64,000 nucleotides of DNA from Kiritimatiellia bacterium (GTDB taxonomy: Bacteria; Verrucomicrobiota; Kiritimatiellia; RFP12; UBA1067), in contig JBMNFY010000001.1 of NCBI GenBank assembly GCA_050949565.1, positions 64,001 through 128,000 of the forward strand, given 5' to 3'. The notes under the pieces are model-generated. The model saw only the letters and a program-made list of their open reading frames with translations. It was not told the DNA's origin and searched no databases. Position numbers and translations under genes: made by a program. The number at the start of each line of letters is the position of its first letter. Within the stretch, counting starts at the first letter, position 1. Shown piece by piece: positions 49,481 to 58,898 of the stretch.

Positions 49481-51152
49481 TCTATCAGCGCTGGCCGCGC
49501 TGATATGGGGAGCGGGATGCGCGTCGCTGCCGCCGGCGGATGGCGGGGCGACCACGATCGCGCACTATCAGGCACAGGCCGTCAAAATGCGGGGATTGGA
49601 GCTGCAGCGTGAGATTTCAATCGAGCGGGAAACGCGCGAACAGATGCGCGTGTCGTTCGTAAAGGAGCTGGAGAAAGACGAAAACCGCGAATTCCTGTCG
49701 CAAACCGAGTTGCTTTTGCACCAGTTCCGTCTGCTCCCGCACGAGACGTCGCTCGCACCCCTTTTTCTCGAACTGATGAACGATCAGGTGGCGGCTTACT
49801 ACGACCCCGAGAAGAAACGATTGGTGGCTGTCGATGGGCCTTTGATGCAGGCCAACAAAGACTCGAATGTCAGCCGCAAGATTCCCGGCATGGAGCGTTT
49901 CGTGTATGTGCATGAATTCTGCCACGCGATCGAAGACGACCACTTTGATCTGGAGCGTCTGATGCGCGATGCCTCGAATGATCTGGATAGCAGCATGGCG
50001 CTGACGGCCTTCACTGAAGGCAACGCCATGCTGGTCGGGCTGGACGGACTGCTCGATAACTACGGGGTGCCGATGACCTCGGCTTCGCCCTTTACGGCGT
50101 GGGCGCTGGGTTTGCTGCGTCGACTCGATCTGGAGGATGCGGCCAAAGAGCTTGAAGGAACGCCGCCTTTTTTGATCTCCGCGCTGGTGCGCCCGTATCT
50201 GGACGGCACCGTCTTTTGCAACCGTCTGCGGTATGATGCGGGTTGGGGCGCCATCGACTGCGTTTACACCCAGCGCCTGCCGGCCACCACCGCCGAGATC
50301 CTTTATCCGGAGCGCCGTTATCTGGCGGGCTTCCAAGCCGCCACGTTCGAGCCCGACCCCGGATTGCTACAGGAGGCCACGCACGGGATTTCGACCAATC
50401 GTCTGGGGGCGCTCGGTATCGCGCTGTGGCTGAACGGCGACCGGCTTGACGCGCCCTCGCGTTACAGTTTCCTGAGGGGGTGGATGGGGGACTGTGTCTA
50501 CTTTCTTAAGGGCGAACGGCAAGAGATCCAGACGGTCTGGTTGAGTCTCTGGGAACGTCCGTCCATCGCGCGCGCTTTCTGTCGCGCGGCCCGGCGGCGA
50601 CTGAAGGAGGAGTTTGCGGGCGAACCGTATGCCGTGCAGCGTGACGGCGCGCGCGTGGCGATCGTCTGGGGGTGCGCCGACGCGGCGGCCTGCGACCGGC
50701 TGATGGCCTGTGCGCGGCGCTCGCGTGTCGATGCGGAGCGGCCCGGCTGGTTGGCGTCGGTCATACATGATCTGCCGTTACCGCTGCGTCTGCCACACTA
50801 TCCCGGTTTCTCGTCGGGGGTGGAGGTGTTGGGCGGCTGGGCAGTCGATGTACACGGCGGCGAAGGTTTCTTTCACGGCACGTTGGCGGGCGGTTTGCTT
50901 AGGACGGAGTGGAATCCCGACCGTCATGCGGTGGGCGCTGCGTGGGGCCTCCTGTCGCACACATCCGACGCGTGCGCCGACTACACCTATTGGAGGTTGC
51001 CGCTGCTGGCCTCGTGGCACCGCCGCGGTTCGGGCGAGACGGTGCGTTATCGTTGGCGCGTGCTTGGGGGCGTGCTGGCGGATGGCGACGAGCGGCGCGT
51101 CCGGCTGCTGTTTGTGCCGGTTTGGCGCGGACGTCGTGATTCGGGCGGTTGA
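49398..51152 (+). CDS. putative lipoprotein with HExxH zinc-metallopeptidase-like motif (start uncertain)
   Basis: LAALIWGAGC lipobox-like; VAAYYDP, VHEFCHAIED, TEGNA, PATTAEILYPE. Confidence 0.6.
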   Translation: MVSIFTAEHQKSLRLCVSALKKRSTLNFLSALAALIWGAGCASLPPADGGATTIAHYQAQAVKMRGLELQREISIERETREQMRVSFVKELEKDENREFLSQTELLLHQFRLLPHETSLAPLFLELMNDQVAAYYDPEKKRLVAVDGPLMQANKDSNVSRKIPGMERFVYVHEFCHAIEDDHFDLERLMRDASNDLDSSMALTAFTEGNAMLVGLDGLLDNYGVPMTSASPFTAWALGLLRRLDLEDAAKELEGTPPFLISALVRPYLDGTVFCNRLRYDAGWGAIDCVYTQRLPATTAEILYPERRYLAGFQAATFEPDPGLLQEATHGISTNRLGALGIALWLNGDRLDAPSRYSFLRGWMGDCVYFLKGERQEIQTVWLSLWERPSIARAFCRAARRRLKEEFAGEPYAVQRDGARVAIVWGCADAAACDRLMACARRSRVDAERPGWLASVIHDLPLPLRLPHYPGFSSGVEVLGGWAVDVHGGEGFFHGTLAGGLLRTEWNPDRHAVGAAWGLLSHTSDACADYTYWRLPLLASWHRRGSGETVRYRWRVLGGVLADGDERRVRLLFVPVWRGRRDSGG

Positions 51153-51196
51153 ATCGACGGAATCGAATGATTCGAATGAGTCGATTCCCGCGACTC
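51151..51196. repeat. 46-bp TCGA-based element (copy 2)
   Basis: gaatcgacggaatcgaatgattcgaatgagtcgattcccgcgactc. Confidence 0.8.
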
Positions 51197-51218
51197 ACTT
51201 ACAAGTTTTTGGTATGAT

Positions 51219-51319
51219 GAGACTCTTGCGAAACCCCTCGCGTGCAAGTGTGGCACGGGCATCTTGCCCGTGTTTCATGGGCGGGACGCCCATGCCACAA
51301 GAGGTTTTGCATAAGTCTC
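51219..51319 (+). mobile_element. MITE-like unit: imperfect 17-bp terminal IRs enclosing the 49-bp REP (copy 3, 51250-51298)
   Basis: gagactcttgcgaaacc ... ggttttgcataagtctc (14/17 complementary). Confidence 0.55.
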
Positions 51320-51337
51320 CAAAGCGAAAGAGAAATT

Positions 51338-52243
51338 ATGAAATACGATAAAAACCACGCGTTGCTTGAGAGTTTTATTCCGGGAGTGTCCGCGCCGAAA
51401 CGGGGCAAGGTCCGCGACCTGTATGATCTGGGCGATCGTCTGTTGCTGGTGGCGACCGACCGTATCAGTGCGTTTGACGTGGTGATGCCGAACGGCATCC
51501 CGGACAAGGGGCGGATTCTGAACAGCTTGAGTGTGTTCTGGTTTGACCTGCTGGACGACATGCCGAATCATCTCATCACGGCGGACGTCGATCAATATCC
51601 GGCAGAGCTTCAGGCGGTGAAAGAGGATCTGCGCGGTCGTTCGATGCTGGTCAAGAAGGTGGCGATTATTCCCTTCGAGTGCATCGTACGCGGTTACTTG
51701 ACCGGCTCGGGCTGGAAGGAGTATCAGAAGTCCGGCACGGTCAACGGCCAGTCGCTGCGGGCGGGCTACCAGAATGCCTCCAAGCTCGACACGGTGCTCT
51801 TCACGCCCAGTACCAAGGCGGAGTTGGGCGAGCACGACATGCCGGTGACCGCCGCCGAGCTAGAGCAGGCGCTAGGTGCCGACAAGGCGCGTACGCTGGC
51901 TGAGCGCTCAGTGGCTTGTTACACGAAGGCAGCCGACCACGCAGCGGCGCGCGGCGTCATTATTGCGGACACCAAGTTTGAGTTCGGCGAGGATGAGCAG
52001 GGGCGTCTGGTGCTGGCGGACGAGGTGCTGACGCCCGACTCCAGTCGTTTCTGGCCCAGCGAGAGTTACGCAGTGGGGAGCAATCCACCCAGTCTCGACA
52101 AGCAGTTCGTGCGTGACTGGCTGGACAGCGTTGCCTTCAACCACCAGCCGCCCGCACCGATCCTGCCGGACGAAGTAGTCGCCAAGACGCGCGCGAAGTA
52201 CGTCGAGGCCTACGAGACCTTGACTGGGCAACGCTTCGAGTAA
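51338..52243 (+). CDS. purC: phosphoribosylaminoimidazole-succinocarboxamide synthase
   Basis: RGKVRDLY, TDRISAFD, ECIVRGYLTGS, DTKFEFG, DEVLTPDSSRFW, DKQFVRDWL. Confidence 0.97.
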   Translation: MKYDKNHALLESFIPGVSAPKRGKVRDLYDLGDRLLLVATDRISAFDVVMPNGIPDKGRILNSLSVFWFDLLDDMPNHLITADVDQYPAELQAVKEDLRGRSMLVKKVAIIPFECIVRGYLTGSGWKEYQKSGTVNGQSLRAGYQNASKLDTVLFTPSTKAELGEHDMPVTAAELEQALGADKARTLAERSVACYTKAADHAAARGVIIADTKFEFGEDEQGRLVLADEVLTPDSSRFWPSESYAVGSNPPSLDKQFVRDWLDSVAFNHQPPAPILPDEVVAKTRAKYVEAYETLTGQRFE

Positions 52244-52369
52244 CGAAGCGCAGCCAACCCGGTCACAAATAGCGCTGTACTCTTCTCACACGAAGGCAAA
52301 GCACTAAGGTTTTGGGGAGGGGCAGGGCTGACCGCAAGTCGCAAGTCGCGGGTCACGCACGAGTCAACC

Positions 52370-52407
52370 TCTCTTGTTGCGACCACGCAGTGGTTCGCAA
52401 CAAGAGA
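52370..52407. terminator. hairpin between convergent purC and vapC
   Basis: tctcttgttgcga-ccac-gca-gtgg-t-tcgcaacaagaga. Confidence 0.55.
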
Positions 52408-52411
52408 AGGC

Positions 52412-52945
52412 CTACTTGCTCGCCGCGTCTGCGGGGGCGTCGTCTTTATCCTTCGACGCGGCCTTTTTCGGCGCTGACTCCGTGGGAGCCGATTCCTTCG
52501 ATGCTGGCTCGGGATCGGATTTCAGTGGTGCTTTCAGGGCGTCGCTGAAGCCCATGCTTTCCGCCGCCCGTAGCAGTTCATCGTCCGCCGTAGCCACAAG
52601 ACAAGTGATGTCGTGTACGGATTTGAGTTCGAGCAGAGTAGCGAGGTGGATGGCCTGCACCGTGCCAACGGCCGTGGGAAAGGCGTCGGCCGCGCGTTGC
52701 AGCACGCCGTCGGTGACCGGTACGATCGTGACGCTTTTGCAGACCCGCTCGATCCAAGTGCCGAGCCGCGCGCGTTGCTCATCATCCAGTTTCCCGGAGA
52801 GACGCAACAGGTTGGCGGTGCGATAACACTCCGTGCGCATCAGGGCGCTGGCGTAGGCTGCGTCCCATGCACCCCAGCCCGGCCAAGGGTTTTTGGTTCC
52901 GACCAGTTGCCGGATGACAAGGGTCGAATCGAGATAGACGGTCAT
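52412..52945 (-). CDS. PIN-domain (VapC-like) toxin with low-complexity C-terminal tail
   Basis: VYLDSTLVI, RTE, AIHLAT, ATAD. Confidence 0.8.
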   Translation of the reverse strand: MTVYLDSTLVIRQLVGTKNPWPGWGAWDAAYASALMRTECYRTANLLRLSGKLDDEQRARLGTWIERVCKSVTIVPVTDGVLQRAADAFPTAVGTVQAIHLATLLELKSVHDITCLVATADDELLRAAESMGFSDALKAPLKSDPEPASKESAPTESAPKKAASKDKDDAPADAASK

Positions 52946-53199
52946 CTTTTTTTTCTTTCCTGAATGAGTTGTTTGACGGGGTCGGTATCAAGACCGAAAC
53001 CGCCGATCTCCTTGAGTTCCGAGGCCGGCCGGGTCGGCTGCACGAGCGGAAGTCGGCCGGTCTCGCCGTCATCAGCCAGAATGCGCGCGATCACGCGCTT
53101 GTGACTGGTGACCAACACTTCCTTGCCTTGACGCGCAAGGCCCAGGTAGTGGCTGAGCTTTTGTTTAAGCGTAGCTGTGTTAACCGTTGTCATGTCCAT
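52942..53199 (-). CDS. Phd/YefM-family antitoxin
   Basis: VNTATLKQKLSHYL...GKEVLVTSHKRVIARI; 4-nt overlap with the toxin gene; imperfect palindrome atgtcca-N5-tagacat over the start. Confidence 0.85.
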   Translation of the reverse strand: MDMTTVNTATLKQKLSHYLGLARQGKEVLVTSHKRVIARILADDGETGRLPLVQPTRPASELKEIGGFGLDTDPVKQLIQERKKR

Positions 53200-53250
53200 A
53201 TAGTAGACATATCGTGTCCACTTTTGCAAGTGCAATGTGAGAAAAATCGC

Positions 53251-53275
53251 GTGACATTTTCTTGTTAAATGTCAC
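53251..53275. promoter_or_regulatory. perfect 9-bp inverted repeat, candidate TF site
   Basis: GTGACATTT-N7-AAATGTCAC between divergent genes. Confidence 0.5.
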
Positions 53276-53330
53276 AATGGAAGTCCTTTTTTTTGGCCCG
53301 CATCAGGAGCTTTTGGAGAACGACCCCTTT

Positions 53331-55238
53331 ATGAAAAAGCGTGAACAGAAAAAAGCGGCCGCCGCAACGGCCGCGCCGCGGATCCGTATTACCGATACCA
53401 CCCTGCGCGATGCGCACCAGTCGCTCTGGGCGACCCGTATGCGCACCGACGACATCCTCGCCATCGCTGAGGTCGTGGACGGTGCCGGGTACTACTCTCT
53501 GGAGTGTTGGGGCGGCGCCACCTTTGATGTCTGCCTGCGTTTCCTGCGCGAGAATCCTTGGGAGCGCCTGCGCCAGTTGAAGTCGGTCTGCAAAAAGACG
53601 CCGTTGCAGATGCTGTTGCGCGGCCAGAACATCCTCGGGTACAAGAACTATCCGGATGATGTGCTGGAACGTTTCGTGGCGCTGGCCTGCGAGAACGGCA
53701 TGGACATCTTCCGTATTTTCGACGCACTGAACGACACGCGCAATCTTGAGCGGGCGATTCAGGCGGTCAAGAAGTACGGCGGTCACGCGCAGGGCACGAT
53801 CTGCTACACGTTCAGCCCGGTGCACACCGTTGATAACTTTGTGGCGATTGCCAAGGAGCAGGTGTCGATGGGCATCGACACGCTCTGCATCAAGGACATG
53901 GCCGGTATTCTGACGCCGGCAGCGGCCACTGAATTGGTGGGGGCGTTGGTCAAGGCGGTGAAGGTACCGGTCCAACTCCATTCGCACATGACCAGCGGCA
54001 TGGCTGCGGCGATGTACCTCTCCGCCGTTAAGGCCGGTGCGGGTGCGATCGACACTGCGGTTTCGACCATGTCTGGTTTTTCATCACAGCCGCCCACCGA
54101 GATCATGGTGGCGATTCTGGAAGCCGAAGGGTATGCGACCGGACTCGATCCCGTTAGGGTCGCCAAGGTCAACGCTCACTTCCGCAACCTCAAAAAGGTG
54201 CGCCAGCCCTCCTCGTCCGGCGCGGTGGAGTCGGTGGACGCCGACGTGCTGCGCCATCACATCCCGGGCGGTATGATCTCGAACCTGCGCTCGCAACTCC
54301 AGCAGCAGGACGCGCTGGATCGCCTGCCCGAGGTGCTCGAAGAGTTGCCGCGCACCCGCGCCGACATGGGGTATCCGCCGCTCGTCACGCCGACCAGCCA
54401 GATCGTCGGTGTGCAGGCTGTGCTCAATGTGCTGGCCGGCAAACGTTACGAGATGGTCACGCAGGAAACGCGCGACTACGTCAAGGGGCTCTACGGCCGC
54501 TCGCCCGCTCCGATCGATCCCAAGTTGGCCAAGAAGATTCTCGCCGGTGAAAAGCCGGTCTCCTGCCGTCCGGCTGATCTGCTCAAGCCGGGGTTGGCCG
54601 ACGCCGCCGCACAGATCGATCCCAAGCTGATTGAGAAGGAAGAGGACATCCTTTCGTATTGTCTCTTCCCGGAAGTGGCGCTCGGTTATTTCAAGTGGCG
54701 CGCCAAGCCTGTTGACCAGCGCGATGCGATTCCGGCTGACATTGAAGAGGGCAATGGCCCCAAAGCAGAGGCGCAGGCGCAAGCAGAAGACGCCGCGCCG
54801 GCAGCCCAAGCCGACGCCGAGACACAGCGTCTCGCCGAAATCGGCCGTTTTGTCGTGTCACTCGCCGGGTTGGTGCAGGGCACGGGGCCGGTCGCTCTGC
54901 CGACCGCCGCTGCGCCCGTCCCGCCGCCGTCCGCTCCGGTCGTGACGGCTCCCGCCGCCAAGCCTACGAAGCCCGAGAAGGCGGCGGATGCCGCACCGCA
55001 AGGGCCGACGATCAACGCGCCGTTGAGCGGAACCTTTTACCGTTCGGCCGGCCCCGGCAAGCCCGAACTCGCCAAAGAAGGAGACAGCCTCAAGGCAGGC
55101 GATCCGCTTTGCATCGTGGAGGCCATGAAGCTCTTCAACCAGATCAAGGCGGATAAGCCGCTCAAGATCGTGAAGTTCATGGTCGAGCACGGTGCTGTGG
55201 TGTCGAAGGGCCAGCCTTTGGCGGTTGTCAGCTACTAA
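53331..55238 (+). CDS. pyruvate carboxylase subunit B / oxaloacetate decarboxylase alpha (carboxyltransferase + biotin carrier)
   Basis: DTTLRDAHQSL, WGGATFD, IKDMAG, LHSH, PGGMISN, YPPLVTPTSQIVG, Ala/Pro linker, EAMKL. Confidence 0.92.
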   Translation: MKKREQKKAAAATAAPRIRITDTTLRDAHQSLWATRMRTDDILAIAEVVDGAGYYSLECWGGATFDVCLRFLRENPWERLRQLKSVCKKTPLQMLLRGQNILGYKNYPDDVLERFVALACENGMDIFRIFDALNDTRNLERAIQAVKKYGGHAQGTICYTFSPVHTVDNFVAIAKEQVSMGIDTLCIKDMAGILTPAAATELVGALVKAVKVPVQLHSHMTSGMAAAMYLSAVKAGAGAIDTAVSTMSGFSSQPPTEIMVAILEAEGYATGLDPVRVAKVNAHFRNLKKVRQPSSSGAVESVDADVLRHHIPGGMISNLRSQLQQQDALDRLPEVLEELPRTRADMGYPPLVTPTSQIVGVQAVLNVLAGKRYEMVTQETRDYVKGLYGRSPAPIDPKLAKKILAGEKPVSCRPADLLKPGLADAAAQIDPKLIEKEEDILSYCLFPEVALGYFKWRAKPVDQRDAIPADIEEGNGPKAEAQAQAEDAAPAAQADAETQRLAEIGRFVVSLAGLVQGTGPVALPTAAAPVPPPSAPVVTAPAAKPTKPEKAADAAPQGPTINAPLSGTFYRSAGPGKPELAKEGDSLKAGDPLCIVEAMKLFNQIKADKPLKIVKFMVEHGAVVSKGQPLAVVSY

Positions 55239-55244
55239 GCATTC

Positions 55245-56213
55245 ATGCGATATCGGCCCCAACATCTCGTGGAGTATGGCGCGCTGCGCGGTGTGGCCGC
55301 CCTGCTCCATGTGCTGCCGTACCGGGCGGCGCTGGCGGTGGCTTGGGGCTTCGCCGCTATCGCTTTCCATCTCGTCCGCTTCCGGCGGCGTGAAACGGCG
55401 CGGCGTATCCGCGAGGTGTTCGGCGATACGATGTCCGACCGCGAGGTGCGCCGGATCGCTTGGCTCTCCTTGCGCAACATGGCCTTCAACATTGTGGAGA
55501 TGATGCGGGCGCCGCGCATCGACCGCGTATGGATCGATCGCCACATTCCCACGTTTCGCGATCACATCGGCAAGGTGCAAGAGTTGATCGCGGAGCATGG
55601 GGGAGCTGTCATTGCGGTGCCGCACATGGGCAACTGGGATCTTGCCGGCTGGGCTTGCCACCGCTACGGCATTCAGATGTTCAGTATCGCCGGCAAGCAG
55701 AAGAATCCGCTGGTAAATGCGTGGATCAACCGTCTGCGCGAATCCGGCATGACGGTTCTCGAACGTGGCAGCGGTACGCTCAGGCAGATCATCAAGCTAC
55801 TACGCGGCGGTAACGTGTTGGCGATCCTGCCGGACGTGCGGGTCTACACGCCCGACTTGCAGGTACCCTTTCTTGGCTCGACCGCCAATGTCGGGCGTGG
55901 CATGGCGATGTTTGCGATCACCGCGCGCGTACCGATCATTCCGGCGATCCTGCGGCGTGAAGGATGGGGGCGTCACGGCTTCGATCACCTCCCCGCCATC
56001 TTCCCTGATCCCACGCTGAGCAAGGAAGAAGACGCCCGCCGTATCACGGAGGCTGTCCTGGCAAATGTGGACGCCGCGATTCGGCAGGCGCCCGAGCAAT
56101 GGTTTTGGTATAATAAACGCTGGGTGTTGACGCCGGTCCGTGGTGTCGCGCCGGCAGCACCGTCTACCCCTGACGAGAATGAAAGGAACACAAATCATGA
56201 TCCGAGTGAATAA
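55245..56213 (+). CDS. lipid A lauroyl/late acyltransferase family (LpxL/HtrB-like)
   Basis: [26 protein letters not shown]. Confidence 0.88.
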   Translation: MRYRPQHLVEYGALRGVAALLHVLPYRAALAVAWGFAAIAFHLVRFRRRETARRIREVFGDTMSDREVRRIAWLSLRNMAFNIVEMMRAPRIDRVWIDRHIPTFRDHIGKVQELIAEHGGAVIAVPHMGNWDLAGWACHRYGIQMFSIAGKQKNPLVNAWINRLRESGMTVLERGSGTLRQIIKLLRGGNVLAILPDVRVYTPDLQVPFLGSTANVGRGMAMFAITARVPIIPAILRREGWGRHGFDHLPAIFPDPTLSKEEDARRITEAVLANVDAAIRQAPEQWFWYNKRWVLTPVRGVAPAAPSTPDENERNTNHDPSE

Positions 56214-57420
56214 GCATTACGCCAAGTTGCAATCATCCTATCTCTTTTCCGAAATCGCCAAGCGCGTCAAAGCCTACCAAACCGAAAATCCCGAAAAGAA
56301 GGTGATCCGTCTCGGCATCGGCGATGTGACTGAGCCGTTGCCACCCGCCTGCATCGAGGCTTTGCACAAGGCGGTCGACGAGATGGCCGCACGCGCGACG
56401 TTCCGCGGATACGGCCCGGAGCAGGGCTACGACTTCCTGCGCGAGGCCATCGCACAGAACGACTATCGGGCTCGCGGTGCCCAGATCAACGCGGACGAGG
56501 TGTTTGTGAGTGACGGCGCGAAGTGCGACACCGCGAACATTCAGGAACTCTTCGACGACAAAATAACGATCGCTATCCCTGATCCCGTGTATCCGGTCTA
56601 CGTCGACACCAACGTGATGGCGGGGCGCACGGGCAAGGCCAGCAAAGGCCGCTACAAGGGATTGGTCTATCTCGACAGCACGGTCGAGAACGGCTTTGTG
56701 CCCGCGCTGCCCGAACAGCCGGTTGACCTGATCTATCTCTGCTTCCCGAACAACCCCACCGGCGCGACCGCCACGCGTGAGCAACTCGCCGCTTGGGTGC
56801 GTTATGCGCGGGACAACAAGGCGCTGATTCTGTTTGACGCCGCGTATGAAGCCTTTATCCGCGATCCGGCGTTGCCGCGCAGCATCTACGAGATCGAAGG
56901 CGCGCGCGACGTGGCGATCGAATTCCGCAGCTTCTCCAAGACCGCCGGTTTCACCGGCACGCGCTGCGCCTTCACGGTGGTGCCGAAGTCAGTGATGGCC
57001 TACACCAAGAAGGACGAGGCGGTGGCGTTGCATCCGATGTGGAACCGCCGCCACACCACCAAATTCAACGGTGTTTCGTACCCGATCCAGCGCGCGGCCG
57101 AGGCCGTCTACTCGCCGGAGGGCAAGGTACAGACACGCGCGCTGACCGACTTCTATCTCGGCAACGCCGCGCTGATCCGTGACACGCTGGCCGACCTCGG
57201 CTTCGCGATGACCGGCGGTGAGAACAGCCCTTACATCTGGGTCAACGTCGGCAAGGATTCTTGGAAGTTCTTCGACAAACTGCTGAAACGCGCACAGGTG
57301 GTCACGACGCCCGGTGCGGGCTTCGGCCGTTGCGGCGAAGGTTTCATCCGCATCAGCGCCTTCAACAGCCGCGAGGCGGTCGAAGAAGCCATGCAGCGCC
57401 TGCGCAAAGTGCTCAAGTAA
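56197..57420 (+). CDS. dapL: LL-diaminopimelate aminotransferase
   Basis: [48 protein letters not shown]. Confidence 0.97.
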   Translation: MIRVNKHYAKLQSSYLFSEIAKRVKAYQTENPEKKVIRLGIGDVTEPLPPACIEALHKAVDEMAARATFRGYGPEQGYDFLREAIAQNDYRARGAQINADEVFVSDGAKCDTANIQELFDDKITIAIPDPVYPVYVDTNVMAGRTGKASKGRYKGLVYLDSTVENGFVPALPEQPVDLIYLCFPNNPTGATATREQLAAWVRYARDNKALILFDAAYEAFIRDPALPRSIYEIEGARDVAIEFRSFSKTAGFTGTRCAFTVVPKSVMAYTKKDEAVALHPMWNRRHTTKFNGVSYPIQRAAEAVYSPEGKVQTRALTDFYLGNAALIRDTLADLGFAMTGGENSPYIWVNVGKDSWKFFDKLLKRAQVVTTPGAGFGRCGEGFIRISAFNSREAVEEAMQRLRKVLK

Positions 57421-57535
57421 CTTGCCTATAACTTAAGCGTTAAAAGTTGAACGTTGAGCGTTAAACGTTTTTTAACTCAGCACGCTGAACGTCGAACTCT
57501 GAACTCTGAAGTCGAAAACACCTTGCCTATGACTT
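57421..57535. repeat. heptamer-repeat block flanked by a 14-bp direct repeat
   Basis: cttgcctataactt (57421-57434) and cttgcctatgactt (57522-57535) surround RARCGTT/GAACTCT heptamers. Confidence 0.75.
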
Positions 57536-57551
57536 GCACCTATTACCGCCG

Positions 57552-57590
57552 TGGGAACTTGAAGTCGCAAATTGCGACTTCAAGTTCCCA
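57552..57590. repeat. perfect palindrome (19-bp arms), ORF6N-type orphan site
   Basis: tgggaacttgaagtcgcaa-a-ttgcgacttcaagttccca. Confidence 0.9.
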
Positions 57591-57695
57591 GCCTCCTGCG
57601 GAGTCAAACAAATGCAAAATCCGACGAGAACCGTCTTTATTGAGTGTGCGACGTAGGCACTGATCTCAGTGCTCCGCAAGTCAGGCTAAAAAATT

Positions 57696-57760
57696 TGGAG
57701 TGCGGCGGCAAGCGGTATTCCGCGCGACGCCGCTTTTTGAGCGAGCAGTTCGAAAAGCGG
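57696..57760 (+). repeat. REP-like element (TGGAGTGCGGCGGC...GACGCCGCTTT type)
   Basis: Imperfect hairpin followed by AAAGCGG. Confidence 0.5.
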
Positions 57761-57833
57761 AGCTGCGACCCGTGAGCAATGTAGTTCCCATCTGCGCTGA
57801 CCGAATGCGTTGTTGCCTCTTCTTTTACCCTCT

Positions 57834-58886
57834 TTAAGGAGTATTACCCTTTTTACGCCATTTGGCACCAGGGCCGCGTCCGACGCATTCGACAAGGCCG
57901 CGATCTTTGAGTTTCCGTAGCAGATGACGGATCATATCGCGGCTGACACTTGGACAGAGGCGCTCAACGTCCGCGACACTGAAATCTGTCAAGAACGACT
58001 GAACCGCCTGCTCGACAAGTTCGGTTTTTTCACCGCGTGGTGCGGCGATCCGACCGGCGCGTTCTTCAAGTTCATCATAGGCTTTCTTGATGATGAAAAG
58101 CAGGAAGCCGATGTAGGGCCAAGGGTCGTGCTTGCTCTCGTGCCAGCCTTTGGAGCTGATCTGGAGAGTTTCGTAGTATCGCTCCTTGTTATCCTCGATG
58201 AGGCGTTCGAGGCTGACGTAGCGTCCGACGTCGATGCCGACGTGATAGCAGGTGAGTAGCAAGAGTAGGCGGGAAACGCGGCCGTTGCCGTCACGGAAGG
58301 GATGAATACAGAGGAAATCAAGGTTGAAGGCCGCCAGCAGGATGAGCGGTGAGATGGTGTGCGCACAGATTTGATCGCCCCACAACTCTACGAGTTTGCG
58401 GATGTGGGCTGGCGTTTTGGCAGGCGACACGCTACGAAAGCGGACACGGTGATCGCCGTTGGGCAGGCGTTCGATGATGTCGATCGGTTTGTCCTTATAC
58501 TGGCCGGCATCCCAGATTTCGCCGCGACTGAGCTTGTGAAGCGAGAGGATGGTCTCCTCTGAGACCGCGAGTACCGCGCCCCGCTCGTGAATGAGATTCA
58601 GGGCGTTACGATAGCCTGCGACCTCTTCTTCATCGCGATCTTTGAGAGCGGGACGTCCAAAGACAACCGTCCCGATGCGAGTCTGATCAATCTCGACCCC
58701 CTCGATGCGATTTGAGGAGACGCTACTTTGGGCGATGGCGTGTTCGCGTAGCACCTTGAGTTTTTGCGGTGATTGTCGGGTGAAGAGATCCTGAAGACCT
58801 TGGGCGCGTCCGATGTCGGACAAGTACCACGAGACGGTCATGGGGATGCTTAGCGCGTGTTGTTGGATGAGTTGGAGGGTTTTCAT
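57834..58886 (-). CDS. Fic-domain protein with C-terminal wHTH
   Basis: Canonical HPFRDGNGRVSR; N-terminal SSNRIEG autoinhibitory-type motif. Confidence 0.93.
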   Translation of the reverse strand: MKTLQLIQQHALSIPMTVSWYLSDIGRAQGLQDLFTRQSPQKLKVLREHAIAQSSVSSNRIEGVEIDQTRIGTVVFGRPALKDRDEEEVAGYRNALNLIHERGAVLAVSEETILSLHKLSRGEIWDAGQYKDKPIDIIERLPNGDHRVRFRSVSPAKTPAHIRKLVELWGDQICAHTISPLILLAAFNLDFLCIHPFRDGNGRVSRLLLLLTCYHVGIDVGRYVSLERLIEDNKERYYETLQISSKGWHESKHDPWPYIGFLLFIIKKAYDELEERAGRIAAPRGEKTELVEQAVQSFLTDFSVADVERLCPSVSRDMIRHLLRKLKDRGLVECVGRGPGAKWRKKGNTP

Positions 58887-58898
58887 CGGTTTTACCTC

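Noticed and set aside
49110-49555. N-terminal extensions of the ECF sigma, lipoprotein, purC, GlpT and paralog-2 ORFs in the ORF track
   Set aside because: The extensions are read-through of repeat elements; downstream starts fit SD sites or family N-termini better.
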